Assembly: GCF_006345805.1 (NCBI RefSeq)
Contig: NC_043005.1
Coordinates: 100,254,001 to 100,318,000 of the forward strand
Length of the DNA stretch: 64,000 bases
Direction of reading: 5' to 3'
DNA from: Octopus sinensis
Lineage: Eukaryota
Positions 1 to 11,483 of the stretch are shown piece by piece. Numbering within the stretch: the first letter of the stretch is position 1; every line of letters begins with the position of its first letter. The translations under genes and the position numbers were made by a program. The notes under the pieces were generated by a model. It ran no database searches, was not told the DNA's origin, and saw only the letters and a program-made list of their open reading frames with translations.

Positions 1-766
1 GGTGGAGCTTATTGCAGCAGATTCTCTACAGTCGGATGCTCTTCCTGTCACAAACCTTTACTTGTTATCAAGCAAAGTGATATATAGATATTAATTCTGG
101 GCTGTTATTTTAAAATAATTTTAAGGGTAACAACAGAATATTTAACGGTAGCGGGGAGATAAGGCACTAAAATTAGAATCAGATTTGTAAAAATTATTTT
201 AATTTGAGGACTCTTAATGGGTTGGCCAACAAGTATCTCTCTCTTTTTTTCTCTCTCTCCCTTTCTCTCTCCTAGTTTTTCTCTCTCTCTGGTTAAATGG
301 GTAAGTCATTAGGTGAAACTGGAAATCTCAGTCAAAACTAATGCTTTTACACACACACAAACTCAATCATTCACACACGATTTGTCCAAAGGCTATATTT
401 TCACTACTAGGCTAAATATATATTTATTAACCACACTGTAAACAACTTCCGGCCACATATTTATTCATAAACCCAGCTATATTAATGTCAATGTCTGCAG
501 TTATTAATACCTAGCTGTCAATCTATAGATTTCCTTTGGTTTGTCATAATTTTGCTTATATACACTCCTTATAGAGAGTTGTATTCTTCTTAATCCACGC
601 AGTTAGTGAGGAGAGGTAAAGGAGTAGTGATGAGGTTTTAATGGAAGATGAAATTTGTCAATTTTGTATTCTCTTCTGGCTACAATAGACCCAGCGGATA
701 ATCCACAGAATCTACTGAGGTGACTCCACATATTTGCTTATTGAATATATTGCACATCATTATTGT

Positions 767-958
767 CATCATCATCATCATCGTTTACCGTCCGCTTTCC
801 ATGCTAGCATGGGTTGGATGATTTGACTGAGGACTGATGAACCAGATGGCTGCACCAGGCTCCAATCTTGATCTGGCAGAGTTTCTACAGCTGGATGCCC
901 TTCCTAACGTCAACCACTCCGAGAGTGTAGTGGGTGCTTTTACGTGCCGCCGGCATGA
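767..958 (-). mobile_element. RTE LINE 3' tail fragment
   Basis: Reverse complement of the tail that follows the RTE ORF2 end at 22313-22987: ggatgcccttcctaac motif, CCATGCTAGCATGG palindrome, (atc)n terminus. Confidence 0.85.
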
Positions 959-960
959 GA

Positions 961-1078
961 ATAATAATAATCCTTTCTATTATTATCGGTGAAAGGCCTG
1001 AAATTTTGTGCAAGAGGTTTAGTCAATTATATCAACCCATCTTAAATGGAAATTATTTCATTGACCCCAAAAGACCCT
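961..1078 (-). mobile_element. SINE family B tail fragment (alternative (att)n tail)
   Basis: aataatcctttcta...aggcctgaaatttt matches the reverse complement of the tail at 37080-37180. Confidence 0.55.
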
Positions 1079-1439
1079 TTTGTTAACATATTTCTGTTGA
1101 TATGCTACCTTGAATCAATGTCTCGTCATCATTCTCAGTTGAATGAGAAGATGCTATGGTAACGGCATTTCTTTTTTGTCAGTTTAAGTGATCCTTTGCA
1201 TATGATATGTCGTTTAACCTTCATGATCGTTTGATGCTCATTGTGGCTTAAGTTCAGTTGAATGTGATGAGTTTCTCAAATTTTTTACTCTTCCACCCTA
1301 AATGATAATTTCCCTTACAAACGAAATCTTAGTTTATCATACCATGAAGGCTGTGGCTAGTGGTTAGAGCAGTGTTTCTCAAACTTTTTACCCTTGTGTA
1401 ACCCTTAAAACAAATTACATGTCTCAAGGAAGCCCTGGT

Positions 1440-1778
1440 AAGTAGCTTGCTTACCAACCACATGGTTCTGGGTTATAGTCTTCTACTATAGCTTCGGGAC
1501 GACCAAAGCCTTGTGAGTGGATTTGGTAGACGGAAACTGAAAGAAGCCCATTGTGTGTGTGTGTGTGTGTGTATGTTTGTGTGTGTGTCCTCCAACATTG
1601 CTTGACAACCGATGCTGGTGTGTTTACGTCCCTGTAACTTAGTGGTTCGGCAAAACAGGCCAATAGAATAAGTACTAGGCTTACAAAGAATAAGTCCTGG
1701 GGTCGATTTGCTCGACTAAAGGTAGTGCTCCAGCATGGCCACAGTCAAAATGACTGAAACAAGTAAAAGAGTAAAAAG
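1440..1778 (+). mobile_element. SINE family A (5'-truncated, central microsatellite)
   Basis: gccttgtgagtggatttggtagacggaaactgaaagaagccc, (gt)n core, tail ggtgctccagcatggcc...gactgaaacaagtaaaagagtaaaa. Confidence 0.85.
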
Positions 1779-1865
1779 AATATACCATATTTTTCTCATG
1801 TATTTGTCATTGTTGTTCATATAGAAAATATCCTATATATGTACGCCATTATACATCGTTAGACA

Positions 1866-2041
1866 CTACACATTCTTTATTTTCTCTTTCTTTATTTTGT
1901 CTCCCTGTTTCTTTCTATGTTCCTTTCTATGGAAGAGCATAGGTTCGAAATGTTAAAGACTTTCTCACTTGCCGAGTGTTAAACTAATACCTGCTTGTTG
2001 TCTACACTACCTGTCTTTTTTTTTGTTTTTTTGTCAATTCT

Positions 2042-2043
<2 letters not shown>
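1866..2043 (+). mobile_element. Short Penelope-like (pseudo-LTR-type) element with degenerate hammerhead motif
   Basis: Reverse-complement homology to 10438-10622; cttt-CTATGGA-A-GAGC-atag-GTTC-GAAA-TGTT-aaag at 1923-1958; abuts (ta)n. Confidence 0.6.
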
Positions 2044-2125
<82 letters not shown>

Positions 2126-2460
2126 ATATATATATATATATATATATAATGTATATATAAGTATGTAATTACATATTATATATATTGTAATATTACAATC
2201 ATGAAATTAACATTAGCTATTTCACTCTTTCTTGCGGAGCCCCTAGGAACCTTTTGCGGAACCCTAGGTTTCCGGGGAGCCCCTGGTTGAGAAACGCTGG
2301 GTTAGCATGTTCAGTTCATGATTGTAATGTCATGAGTTCAATTCTTGACAATACATTGTTTCCCTGAGCAAGACACTTTATTTCATAATGCTCCAGTTCA
2401 GGCTGTTCTGCTGATCGGATCAACTGGAACCCTCATCATCATAACCAACGGAGTGCCATG

Positions 2461-2493
<33 letters not shown>

Positions 2494-2689
2494 TGTATGT
2501 ATGCATGCATATATGTATATATATGTGAGATATTAGTTTCACTTTAAAAGTTTCAGCATTGATAGTGAAACTGAAAGTATCTCACATTACAATAGAGATG
2601 TTATTGTTTCACTTTAGACATGCAATACTGAAATAGTGTAAAAGATAAGACATTGCTCTGGGCTCACATTAGGCAAGAAGTTGAAAATC

Positions 2690-2835
2690 TTTTTTGCCCA
2701 TGACACTACATGGATCCTAAGTAAGGCATGTGCAAAATTTGAATGAAACTGGTTGTGTGGTTCTCGAGTTTTAGAGATTCACACTGACAGACAGACACAC
2801 ACACAGACATACATTCTCATCTTTATTTTTATAGA
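2690..2835 (-). mobile_element. Non-autonomous Helitron-like 5' fragment
   Basis: Minus strand starts a|TCtataaaaataaag followed by a gtctgtgtgtgtctgtctgtc tract, the same architecture as the 11783-12172 element. Confidence 0.5.
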
Positions 2836-3954
2836 TGAAAATAGTAGCAATGAAGAGAATGGATTATAGCAGTTTCTGAGTGGTGTGTGTGTGTGGGGGG
2901 GGGTGAAGACTTGAAAGCAGAAAGCTACAAACAGTTTCGACTTTAATGATGTCTGAGGAAAGAATAAAAAAACAAATAAAACAAGCAAAGAAGAAAAATC
3001 CGAACTAAAACAAATGAAACAACAAGTTAAAGTATGAAGATATTGGAATATTGGGAAAGACACCAATAGGGATCAAAATTAATTATTTAATACTCTTAGA
3101 ACAGTTAGCAGAAGCTCCAAACTCTCAAGGGGCATTTATTCAATTGACCATGCAATGAATAATATCAGTGTTAGATAGAGGGTTGAAGAGGAATGGAAAT
3201 TGTAAGGAGAATCTACCATTGATAAGGCAGGAGATAGCTGAAATGATAAGACCAAAGAAACGAGGGGTATTTTCCAGTGAATCAAATTAATGCTTCATTG
3301 TGATCAATGTATTAGTAGAAGCGAATTAAAGAGAACAGTCGGTATCTGTAATCAATGTTGATAACCTAATTCTGTTAACCTTCTTTCAAGTTCATGATGT
3401 GCAGTGAACCTATGACATCAAAGTTTATGTTGATTGGATTGAAAGAGGTAAGAAAACCTTTCGATAAAGTATTAAGTTTATTGGTGCATCTGCCTTGTGA
3501 AATATTTGAGAAGTTTGATAGATAGCAACCTGTAGGATTTATAGTGGCTGGCGTGTGTGAGGGTGGGGGGTGCAAGGTAATTAAAGTGACCAGAGATGTT
3601 TGATCAAAGTCGAGGGTTGATGACTAGCTTCTGTAGTTCATACAACTTTTTTTATTAGTTATTCTGAAAAGTGGATTAAATGTTCATAACTGTTAAAGAT
3701 CTGTTTAAGATTAAGAGCGACAGAAAAATGGCTGATTTAAGTGGAGTTAATGGTCATTTTGAAGTTTTAATTTACATTTTCTTAGTGACTAATATCAAGA
3801 AGAATATTTTAAATGTGGTACATCCTCCAAGACTGGCAGTGCTTACGTGGTTTATGTTTGGATTCAATTTCTGGAGTTCAATGCCTTGGTTGGCAAATGT
3901 GGATAAAAATGAAACTGTATAAAAAACATATCTTGTGTGCAGTGTATATACAGA

Positions 3955-4280
3955 TATAAAATGCATGTGTGTGTGGGTGTACACACACACACACACACAC
4001 ACACATACATACATACATACATACATACATGCATGCATATATATATATATATATACACACACACATGCACATGCATATATGTGTATATATATATATATAT
4101 TAGGAGAAATGAGGTACTCAGAAAATTGGATGCTTTATATTTACAGATATTTATTTGTATATTACATTTTTTATACATCATATAACTTAGATCATGTATT
4201 AGCGCTTTCTCCCAATCTAGTGGGGTTTTCAAATCAAACTATATATATATATATATACATATATACATATATACATATAC
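3955..4280. repeat. Compound (ca)n/(taca)n/(ta)n microsatellite
   Basis: Direct reading. Confidence 0.9.
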
Positions 4281-4486
4281 TTAATCATATCAAAGGGAAA
4301 TGGAAATTAATAGAAATTTCCATTTCCAGTGGCCTAGCGTGTAAAAATTTAGTCCAAAGACTATGTATTAGTCATAAAATACATTTAAAGACATGAAGAA
4401 TCCACTCATATGTCCTGAGTTCGATTTTTGTAGTGGGAGGATAGCACAGGGGCCAAGTCCTGGGTGGATTATAAAATTGATGCCAA

Positions 4487-5118
4487 CATCATCATCATCA
4501 TTGTTTAACGTCCATTTTCCATGCTAGCATGGGTTGGACGGTTCGACTTGGGTTTGGGAAGCTAGGAGGCTGCACCAGGCTCCAGTCTAATCTGGCAGTA
4601 ATTCTACAGCTGGATGCCCTTCCTAATGCCAACCACTTCGTGAGTGTAGTGGGCGCTTTTTACGTGCCACCGGTACAGGGATCAGAGGAGGCTGGCAACA
4701 GCCATGATTGGTTGGTCCTTTTTATGTGCCACCGGCACTGAAACCAATCAAGGCAGTGCTGGCACAGGTCACATTCGGATGGTGCTATTACGTGCCACTG
4801 GCACAGGTATCACAACTACAATTTCCATTTGATTTTTATTTTGATGTACTTGACTCAATAGGTCTCCTCAAGCACATCAGGTCACCCTACAATCCAAGGT
4901 AAGCACAACAGGTCATCCTACGATTCAAGGTACTTTTGAATGGTCTGGGGCTGGTTATGCAAAACTAGTGTAGGATACAGCTGTGAACTCACTTTATTTG
5001 TTGGGTCTTTGCAGTCACGGCATATCTCCCGAGGTCTCGACCTTTTGTCATTGCCTCTGAGAGGCCCAACGATCAAAGGTCATGCTTGACCACCTCATCC
5101 CATGTCGTCCTTGCAATA
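4487..5118 (-). mobile_element. RTE LINE 3' portion (ORF2 C-terminus plus 3' UTR)
   Basis: Minus strand encodes RTTWDEVVKHDL*SLGLSEAMTKGRDL, homologous to KTWDEVVKHDLRTLGLTMEMTRDQDL at 22041-22313; RTE tail with (gat)n. Confidence 0.85.
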
Positions 5119-5119
5119 T

Positions 5120-6422
5120 TGATGGAATATTTTCCACACCACACAAATGGTGTAGCACTTCTGGTGGCATTGAAGGGAGCTAGACTAAGCTTTGAACCAA
5201 GGAAATTCATCCTAAAGTGTTTCTGGGACAGTTTAGGAGGGAGTTTCAAACAGGGACTTACTGCCACTCAAATTAGAGAAAAGTCTGAAGTAGAAGGAAC
5301 TGTTCAATATGTCTACAAGAAACATTACAAAAGGCAGTGGACATTAATGCACCCCATAAAGCAGGAAAGTGTATTAGAAGCATATTGCCAGAGATTAAGA
5401 AAATCTGTCCAACAAGATTTTCTGTGCAACAAGTGAGTTGTGAAACAGGAATTTGAAAATGAAGTGTTCATCACATGACGGTCGTTTAGAGAATGCCTGG
5501 GCTAAGACTACGTGCCTTCATTGGTCAGTTAAAGTTGAGACAGTGTCACTTGACAACATGCTGGGGTTGCCTGCTGGAGCCTAGCAGCAGGTATTTAAAG
5601 TAAAAATTTGACAAGTCAGTAAGTTGTCCACTGACACTCGTTGGCGCTACATCAAAGAGGCCAGGGAACAGAAGAAAGAAGAAGAAAGAAGAGATGCACC
5701 CAACACCAGAGCTGAAGACACCTTCGAAAGTGGGGGCCCCACCACGTCAAAACGGTAAAGGAGTAGGGGCCGAAACCGGACATGGTTCCTGCTGATGATG
5801 TCTTGAGCTAACTGGATCCTATATAGGAGCTGTTGTGGTAGTAGACCACGAAACACAGTTGTAATTCCTTCTGAAAAGTTACAATCCAAGTATTGTTCAT
5901 GTTTACACTGAAGATGATCTGGACTGAAAAGTGAAGTTTTATAAGTGGTACTCAGCAGGATGTGTAGAACATGTGCACTTTCCAGCACAGACCTGAGAAT
6001 CGGTATGGTATGGAGGAACATCATGTTAATTTACCATGTGTTGTTATATGGTGCAGCTTATTATGAGAAGTATTAATTGGATTATTCTGTTATGACAGCA
6101 CCGAGAATTATTCATTTTAACTGAACATCCTGCAACAATCTGTCATGCCAAGCATTCAAGAAGATTTGAAGATGTGAAGTTTTATTTTCAGCAAGAACGA
6201 ACACACTGCACTACTGACAAAATGTAGCAACCTACATTGATGAACTTTTGCCAAATTGGGCAAATGGACAAAGTGATTCAGTAAGATACCTTCCATGTTC
6301 ATCAGACCTTACACCACTAGAAACTTCGCTTTATGCGAATACTTAAAAGATAAATTTTATGGTACAAAACTGATGATTAATGAACTGAGAGCAGCTATTG
6401 AACAAAAATGTGCCCAAATAGC
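5120..6422 (+). pseudogene. Tc1/mariner-superfamily transposase pseudogene (maT/DD37D-like), interrupted
   Basis: N-terminal HTH-like RLSFEPRKFILKCFW...IREKSEVEGTVQYVYKK; C-terminal FYFQQE...SSDLTPL...YLKDKFYGTKLMINELRAAIEQKCAQI; stops, frameshifts and a ~310-bp insert. Confidence 0.7.
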
Positions 6423-6828
6423 TACTCTTTTACTTGTTTCAGTCATTTGACTGTGGCCATGCTGGAGCACCGCCTTTTAGTCGAGCAAGTCAACCCCAGG
6501 ACTTATTTGTAAGACTAGTACTTTTTCTATCGGTCTCTTTTGCCGAACTGCTAAGTTATGGGGACGTAAACACACCAGCATCAGTTGTCAAGCGATGTTG
6601 GCGGGACAAACACAGACACACAAACATATACACACACATATATATATATATATATACATATATATGACGGGCTTCTTTGAGTTTCTGTCTACCAAATCCA
6701 CTCACAAGGCTTTGGTCAGCCTGAGGCTATAGTAGAAGACACTTGCCCAAGGTGCCATGCAGTGGGACTGAACTCAGAACCATGTGGTTGGTAAGCAAGC
6801 TACTTACCACACGGCCACTCCTACGCCT
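6423..6828 (-). mobile_element. SINE family A, full length
   Basis: tRNA-like head (A/B boxes) at the 6828 end, central (ac/at)n, family A tail at 6423. Confidence 0.9.
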
Positions 6829-6971
6829 GCTATTATCATTATTTACTCAACAAAGAGGTAGGAGTAGAGGCAGATTATCTCATTGGTTTTATAAGTTGGA
6901 GCTAACAGAGATATCTCTGTTGCTCAATGATTGTGGGACAATCTAAACTTAAGACTCTGTCCCCATTAAGT

Positions 6972-7132
6972 GAAGGGCATGGCTGTGCTGGTAGAAAGCT
7001 TGCTCCCCAACAACATGGTTCCATGTTCAGTTCTCCATGACACCTTGGGTAAGTGTCTTCTACTATAGCCTTGGCTCAACCAAAGCCTTGTGAGTGGATT
7101 TGATAGAGAGAAACTAGAAGAAGCCTGTCGGG

Positions 7133-7226
<94 letters not shown>

Positions 7227-7460
7227 GTATGTGTGTGTGTCTTTGTGTCTGTGTTTGTCTTCCCCCAATTACCACTTGACAATCGGTGTTGGTGTGTTTA
7301 CATATCCATAACTTAGTGGTTTGGTAAAGAGAGACTGATAGAATAAGTACCAGGTTTAAAAAATAAGTCCTGGAGTCGATTTGTTTGACTAAAGTCCTTC
7401 ATGGTGGTGCTCCAGCATGGCTGCAGTCAAATAACTGAAATAAATAAAAGAATAGAAAGA
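6972..7460 (+). mobile_element. SINE family A, full length, expanded (ta)n core
   Basis: Head gaagggcatggctgtg..., central (ta)n at 7135-7240, tail ...actgaaataaataaaagaatagaaagaa. Confidence 0.85.
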
Positions 7461-7552
7461 ATTGATCAAGCGCCATAGCTTCATAGTCACTGTGCCTCTT
7501 CACATGAATACTTGTCATGTATTCCAGTAATTAGAGTTCCCTAAAACAGAAG

Positions 7553-7935
7553 GTTACCAGCTCAGAGACAGCTAACTTAGTGAAGGCGGAGGTATTGTTT
7601 TCAGTTGTATCTGTTTGCTTGTCTGTCTGTGGACAAGATATCTCAAGAACTGCTGGATGGATTTGGATGAAACTTTCAGGGATGTTTGGCCTCATGACTG
7701 GCATGAACTGATTAGATTTTGGAATAGATCCAGTACTGGGCAAAAATTCTGGATTACTTTTCCATTTTTTAAATATAATTTTTGAGTTCGGCCACGTTCA
7801 TTTTTGGTATTTTCATTTATGAGAGCAGTCGAGTTTATTTCAGATATTCTCATTTTAAAAATCATCTCTGGGTAATCGTTGAGAGGACGTTGGTGTTGCC
7901 TTGGTGGAGGTTTGCGCTCTCTGAATGTTCTTGTT
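7553..7935. mobile_element. Helentron/Helitron2-associated non-autonomous element (HINE/DINE-1-like)
   Basis: aaggcggaggtattgttttc...gtctgtctgt at the left end and ccttggtggaggtttgcgctctctgaatgttctt at the right end match the HINE subterminal motif pattern as I recall it. Confidence 0.7.
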
Positions 7936-8389
7936 ACTGATAATGAGGTAGGCACATGGGAAACATTGTCACTGTTCTTAACTCCTTAAATTTAAGCAGA
8001 TACCATAGTATATGGCATTTATAGTATAGTATATGCTGCTATTTTGTTTATTCTCATGTCAGCATTAGAAGATCTGTGATAAAATATTTTCCTGCCACGT
8101 CATTCCATTTTTCATTCAGTGACAGCAGACCTTGAACTGCATAATCCAATATAGACCTTCTTCTTTTTTTCTTTCTATGAAGACTTGTTGAGGATGATTT
8201 CAATGAGATTTAATTGCCATTTTTAGCAAGGCAGGCAATCAGAATAATATGTGCCTTGATAATGAAATTATTTATGACACCTTAATTAGAACATTTCAAT
8301 AAGTTTTAATTATGCTCCTTTATTCTGCAACCAAAAGATCTATATGTGTATGTACCTGTGTGTGCATGTAAGTATGTGCGTGAGAACAT

Positions 8390-8438
<49 letters not shown>

Positions 8439-8554
8439 TGTGTGTATGAACTTTCTGCTGGCTAAGTTTGATATACATATCTGCTTAGAAAGAGTTAACA
8501 AAAAAACTACTTGACAACAACACCAATAATAACCACCACCACCACCACCACCAT

Positions 8555-8587
<33 letters not shown>

Positions 8588-9039
8588 AACAACAACGTGT
8601 CATTTCCTTGACTTGTTTGTTTCTTCAAAATATTATTCACAATATAATTACATTTTCTCCTCTCAGCTTCATCTCTTAAACCTACTTTACAATTAAATGT
8701 GACATCAATAAAATTTTCTGACAAATAATACATTTTTCTGCTAATTCATCAAATATTTGCCGAGTAATTTAGAATATTATTTCTTGTAGTTAGCTTTGTG
8801 TTTTTACTTTTAATATCTACACTGTTTGCGTTTTTTTTTATTTATTTCTTTTGTGTCTTTCTTTATTACTTCTTGCAAATCATTAATTTACTTTCTTGGG
8901 AAGAAATAGAAAAATAAAACACTTCTTATTAACAAGCCTCAAGAGTTTGGGTTCCATAAACATCTACCAAAAACACACATACACCTTATGTATATATGTA
9001 TATATATTAGTATTATTGTTATCATGTATATGTGTATAT

Positions 9040-9170
9040 GTAAATAATATTAATATTATATATATATATATATCTATATATATATATATATATATATATG
9101 TTGTAAATGTATATATACATATATACAAGTAATAATATCCTATATTTTATTATCATTATATATATATAAA

Positions 9171-9231
<61 letters not shown>

Positions 9232-9327
9232 TAAATAATAATAATATTATATAATATTATATTATATATATATACACACACACACATATATATGTATATA
9301 AAATAATAATATTATATATTATATTAT

Positions 9328-9422
<95 letters not shown>

Positions 9423-9445
9423 TGTATGTATGTATAAAATAATAA
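9040..9445. repeat. Compound (ta)n/(taa)n/(tatg)n microsatellite
   Basis: Direct reading. Confidence 0.9.
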
Positions 9446-10260
9446 TAATATTAAATAAATCAGTAGATATTTATGTTGTGTGTTTATGTTTTTACCCTTC
9501 AAATTCTAAAGAATTTGTTTTGAAAACCATACTGAATGGTTCAGCTTTATCATTGATATATTGTTGTTGTTGTGTTTGTGTGATTCTAACTACATTTTTA
9601 TGTCTATATTTTTGGCGTGGATGTCTTTGTCTCTTGTAGATATATTTGTTTGATATACATAATGGGGTTTGCTATAGAAAACATTTTTTTTTTTCACGAT
9701 ATGAATTATTAAAAGGACAAAAAGGAAAGTGATAATTGCAATGGCACTAGAAACACCATCAATGTCAAACGAACCACTTTAGAAATGAACAAGAGGTCTA
9801 ACTGTAGAAATGTTTCAAGCGAAATAGAAGCAGTGCACTTTCTAAAACTATCTCAAGAAGAATCTTCCAGAATTTTCCACTCCATAATATTGATTTAATC
9901 ACGATATATCATCGAGGTTACACGGAAAAGTTCATAGCAGATTTCTTTGTGTTTTTTTTTTTGTCATATTCATAGAATAATATTGAGCCTATGTTGGGAA
10001 GTAGAGATAACATGGAGTAAGAGTTGCAATCGTGACCCACATTTATAAGAATTCAGTTCAGCATCTTAACAAAATATCATTGATACAGTGTTCTCACCTC
10101 TTATTGCTGTCTCTAACCTATGGTACCTAGATAGTAGGTATTTGAAGCATGGGCATGGTACAATAAATCCTTTCAACACTATATTGACCAATACAGCTGA
10201 ATTAGTAATAAACTGCACTCATGGAATATCTCTACATCAACATTAGACACAAACACTAGT

Positions 10261-10850
10261 AGGAGCAGGAGTGGCTGCGTGGTAAGTAGCTTGCTTACCA
10301 ACCACATGGTTCCGGGTTCAGTCCCACTGTGTGGCACCTTGGGCAAGTGTCTTCTACTATAGCCTCAGTCCGACCAAAACCTTGTGAGTGGATTTAGTAG
10401 ACGGAAACTGAAGGAAGCCCATCATATATATGTATATATAGGGAGAGTTCATGAAAAAAAACAAAAGACGAAGACAGTTGGTGTATAAAACAAACAGATG
10501 TATTAGTATAATACTCAGGAAATGAAAAAGTCTTTTACGTTTCGAGCCTATGCTCTTCTACAGAAAAGGACACAGAAAAAAACAAGGAGAGAAACAAGGA
10601 GAGAAAAAAATGTGTGTAGTGGCTACCAATCTGTGTATATGTTTGTGTGTCTGTGTTTATCTCCCCAACATCGCTTGACAACCGATGATGGTGTGTTTAT
10701 GTTCCCGTAACTTAGCGGTTCGGCAAAAGAGACTGATAGAATAAGTACTAGGCTTCCACAGTCCTGAGGTCGATTTGCTTGACTAAAGGCGGTGCTCCAG
10801 CATGGCTGCAGTCAAATGACTGAAACAAGTAAAAGAGTAAAAGAATAAGA
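10261..10850 (+). mobile_element. SINE family A carrying a Penelope-like insert in its central microsatellite
   Basis: Head aggagcaggagtggctgcgtggtaagtagc; body resumes after 10622; family A tail. Confidence 0.9.
10438..10622 (-). mobile_element. Short Penelope-like element with variant hammerhead motif
   Basis: Minus strand tttt-CTGTAGA-A-GAGC-atag-GCTC-GAAA-CG-TA-aaag (10532-10568); homologous to 1866, 51550 and 62572. Confidence 0.65.
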
Positions 10851-11251
10851 GTGACGTGTGTTCATGCCTGATACATTCTTCTTACTCTGCCTGCTCACAA
10901 ACAACTTAGGTGTTCATTTGTGATGCAGCTGTTTCACAGTCTCTATGTACCAGACATGTGTCAGTTCTCCTCTGATATAAATGTTTCATTGTCTCTGCAC
11001 AACTAACACTGTGTGTTATCTTCTGAAACAACTGTTTCACTGTTTCTACACACCAAGCATTCATACATTCATGTCTAATACACTTATTTCACTATGTCTT
11101 CCAATGTGGTTGTCACAGCCACATTTAGTTCATCAGTGATCTGTGAAAATATTGCTGTAGGCAAATTAGAATGAGATCTCATTTGGTTATTACTTTTCAT
11201 TGATTAATATTCTCTACTGAAATGATATTTAACTCTTTTCTGTATAATACC

Positions 11252-11483
11252 TATTTCTTTACTACCCACAAGGGGCTAAACACAGAGAGGACAAACAAGG
11301 ACAGACAAAAGGATTAGGTTGATTATATCGACCCTAGTGCGTAACTGGTACTTATTTAATCGGCCCTGAAAGGATGAAAAGCAAAGTTGACCTCAGCGGA
11401 ATTTGAGCTCAGAATGTAACGGCAGACGAAATACGGCTACGCATTTCGCCCGGCGTGCTAACGTTTCTGCCAGCTGGCCACCT
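11252..11483 (-). mobile_element. SINE family B, full length
   Basis: tRNA-like head ctggcagaaacgttagc...gttcaaattccg; 11-bp TSD tgtataatacc (11241-11251 / 11484-11494). Confidence 0.9.

Larger units (their letters stand above)
1370..2299. mobile_element. hAT (Charlie/MER5-like) MITE with nested insertions
   Basis: TIRs cagtgtttctcaa (1370) / ttgagaaacgctg (ends 2299); TSD-like flanks ggttagag / ggttagca. Confidence 0.75.
1346..2460 (+). mobile_element. tRNA-derived SINE (family D) split by a hAT MITE
   Basis: Head gaaggctgtggctagtggttagag (1346-1369) resumes at 2300 with the B-box region and ctgagcaagacactttatttc body, as in 13182 and 17130. Confidence 0.7.

Noticed and set aside
3060-3620. 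Possible very old LINE RT fragment on the minus strand
   Set aside because: No RT motif could be read with confidence
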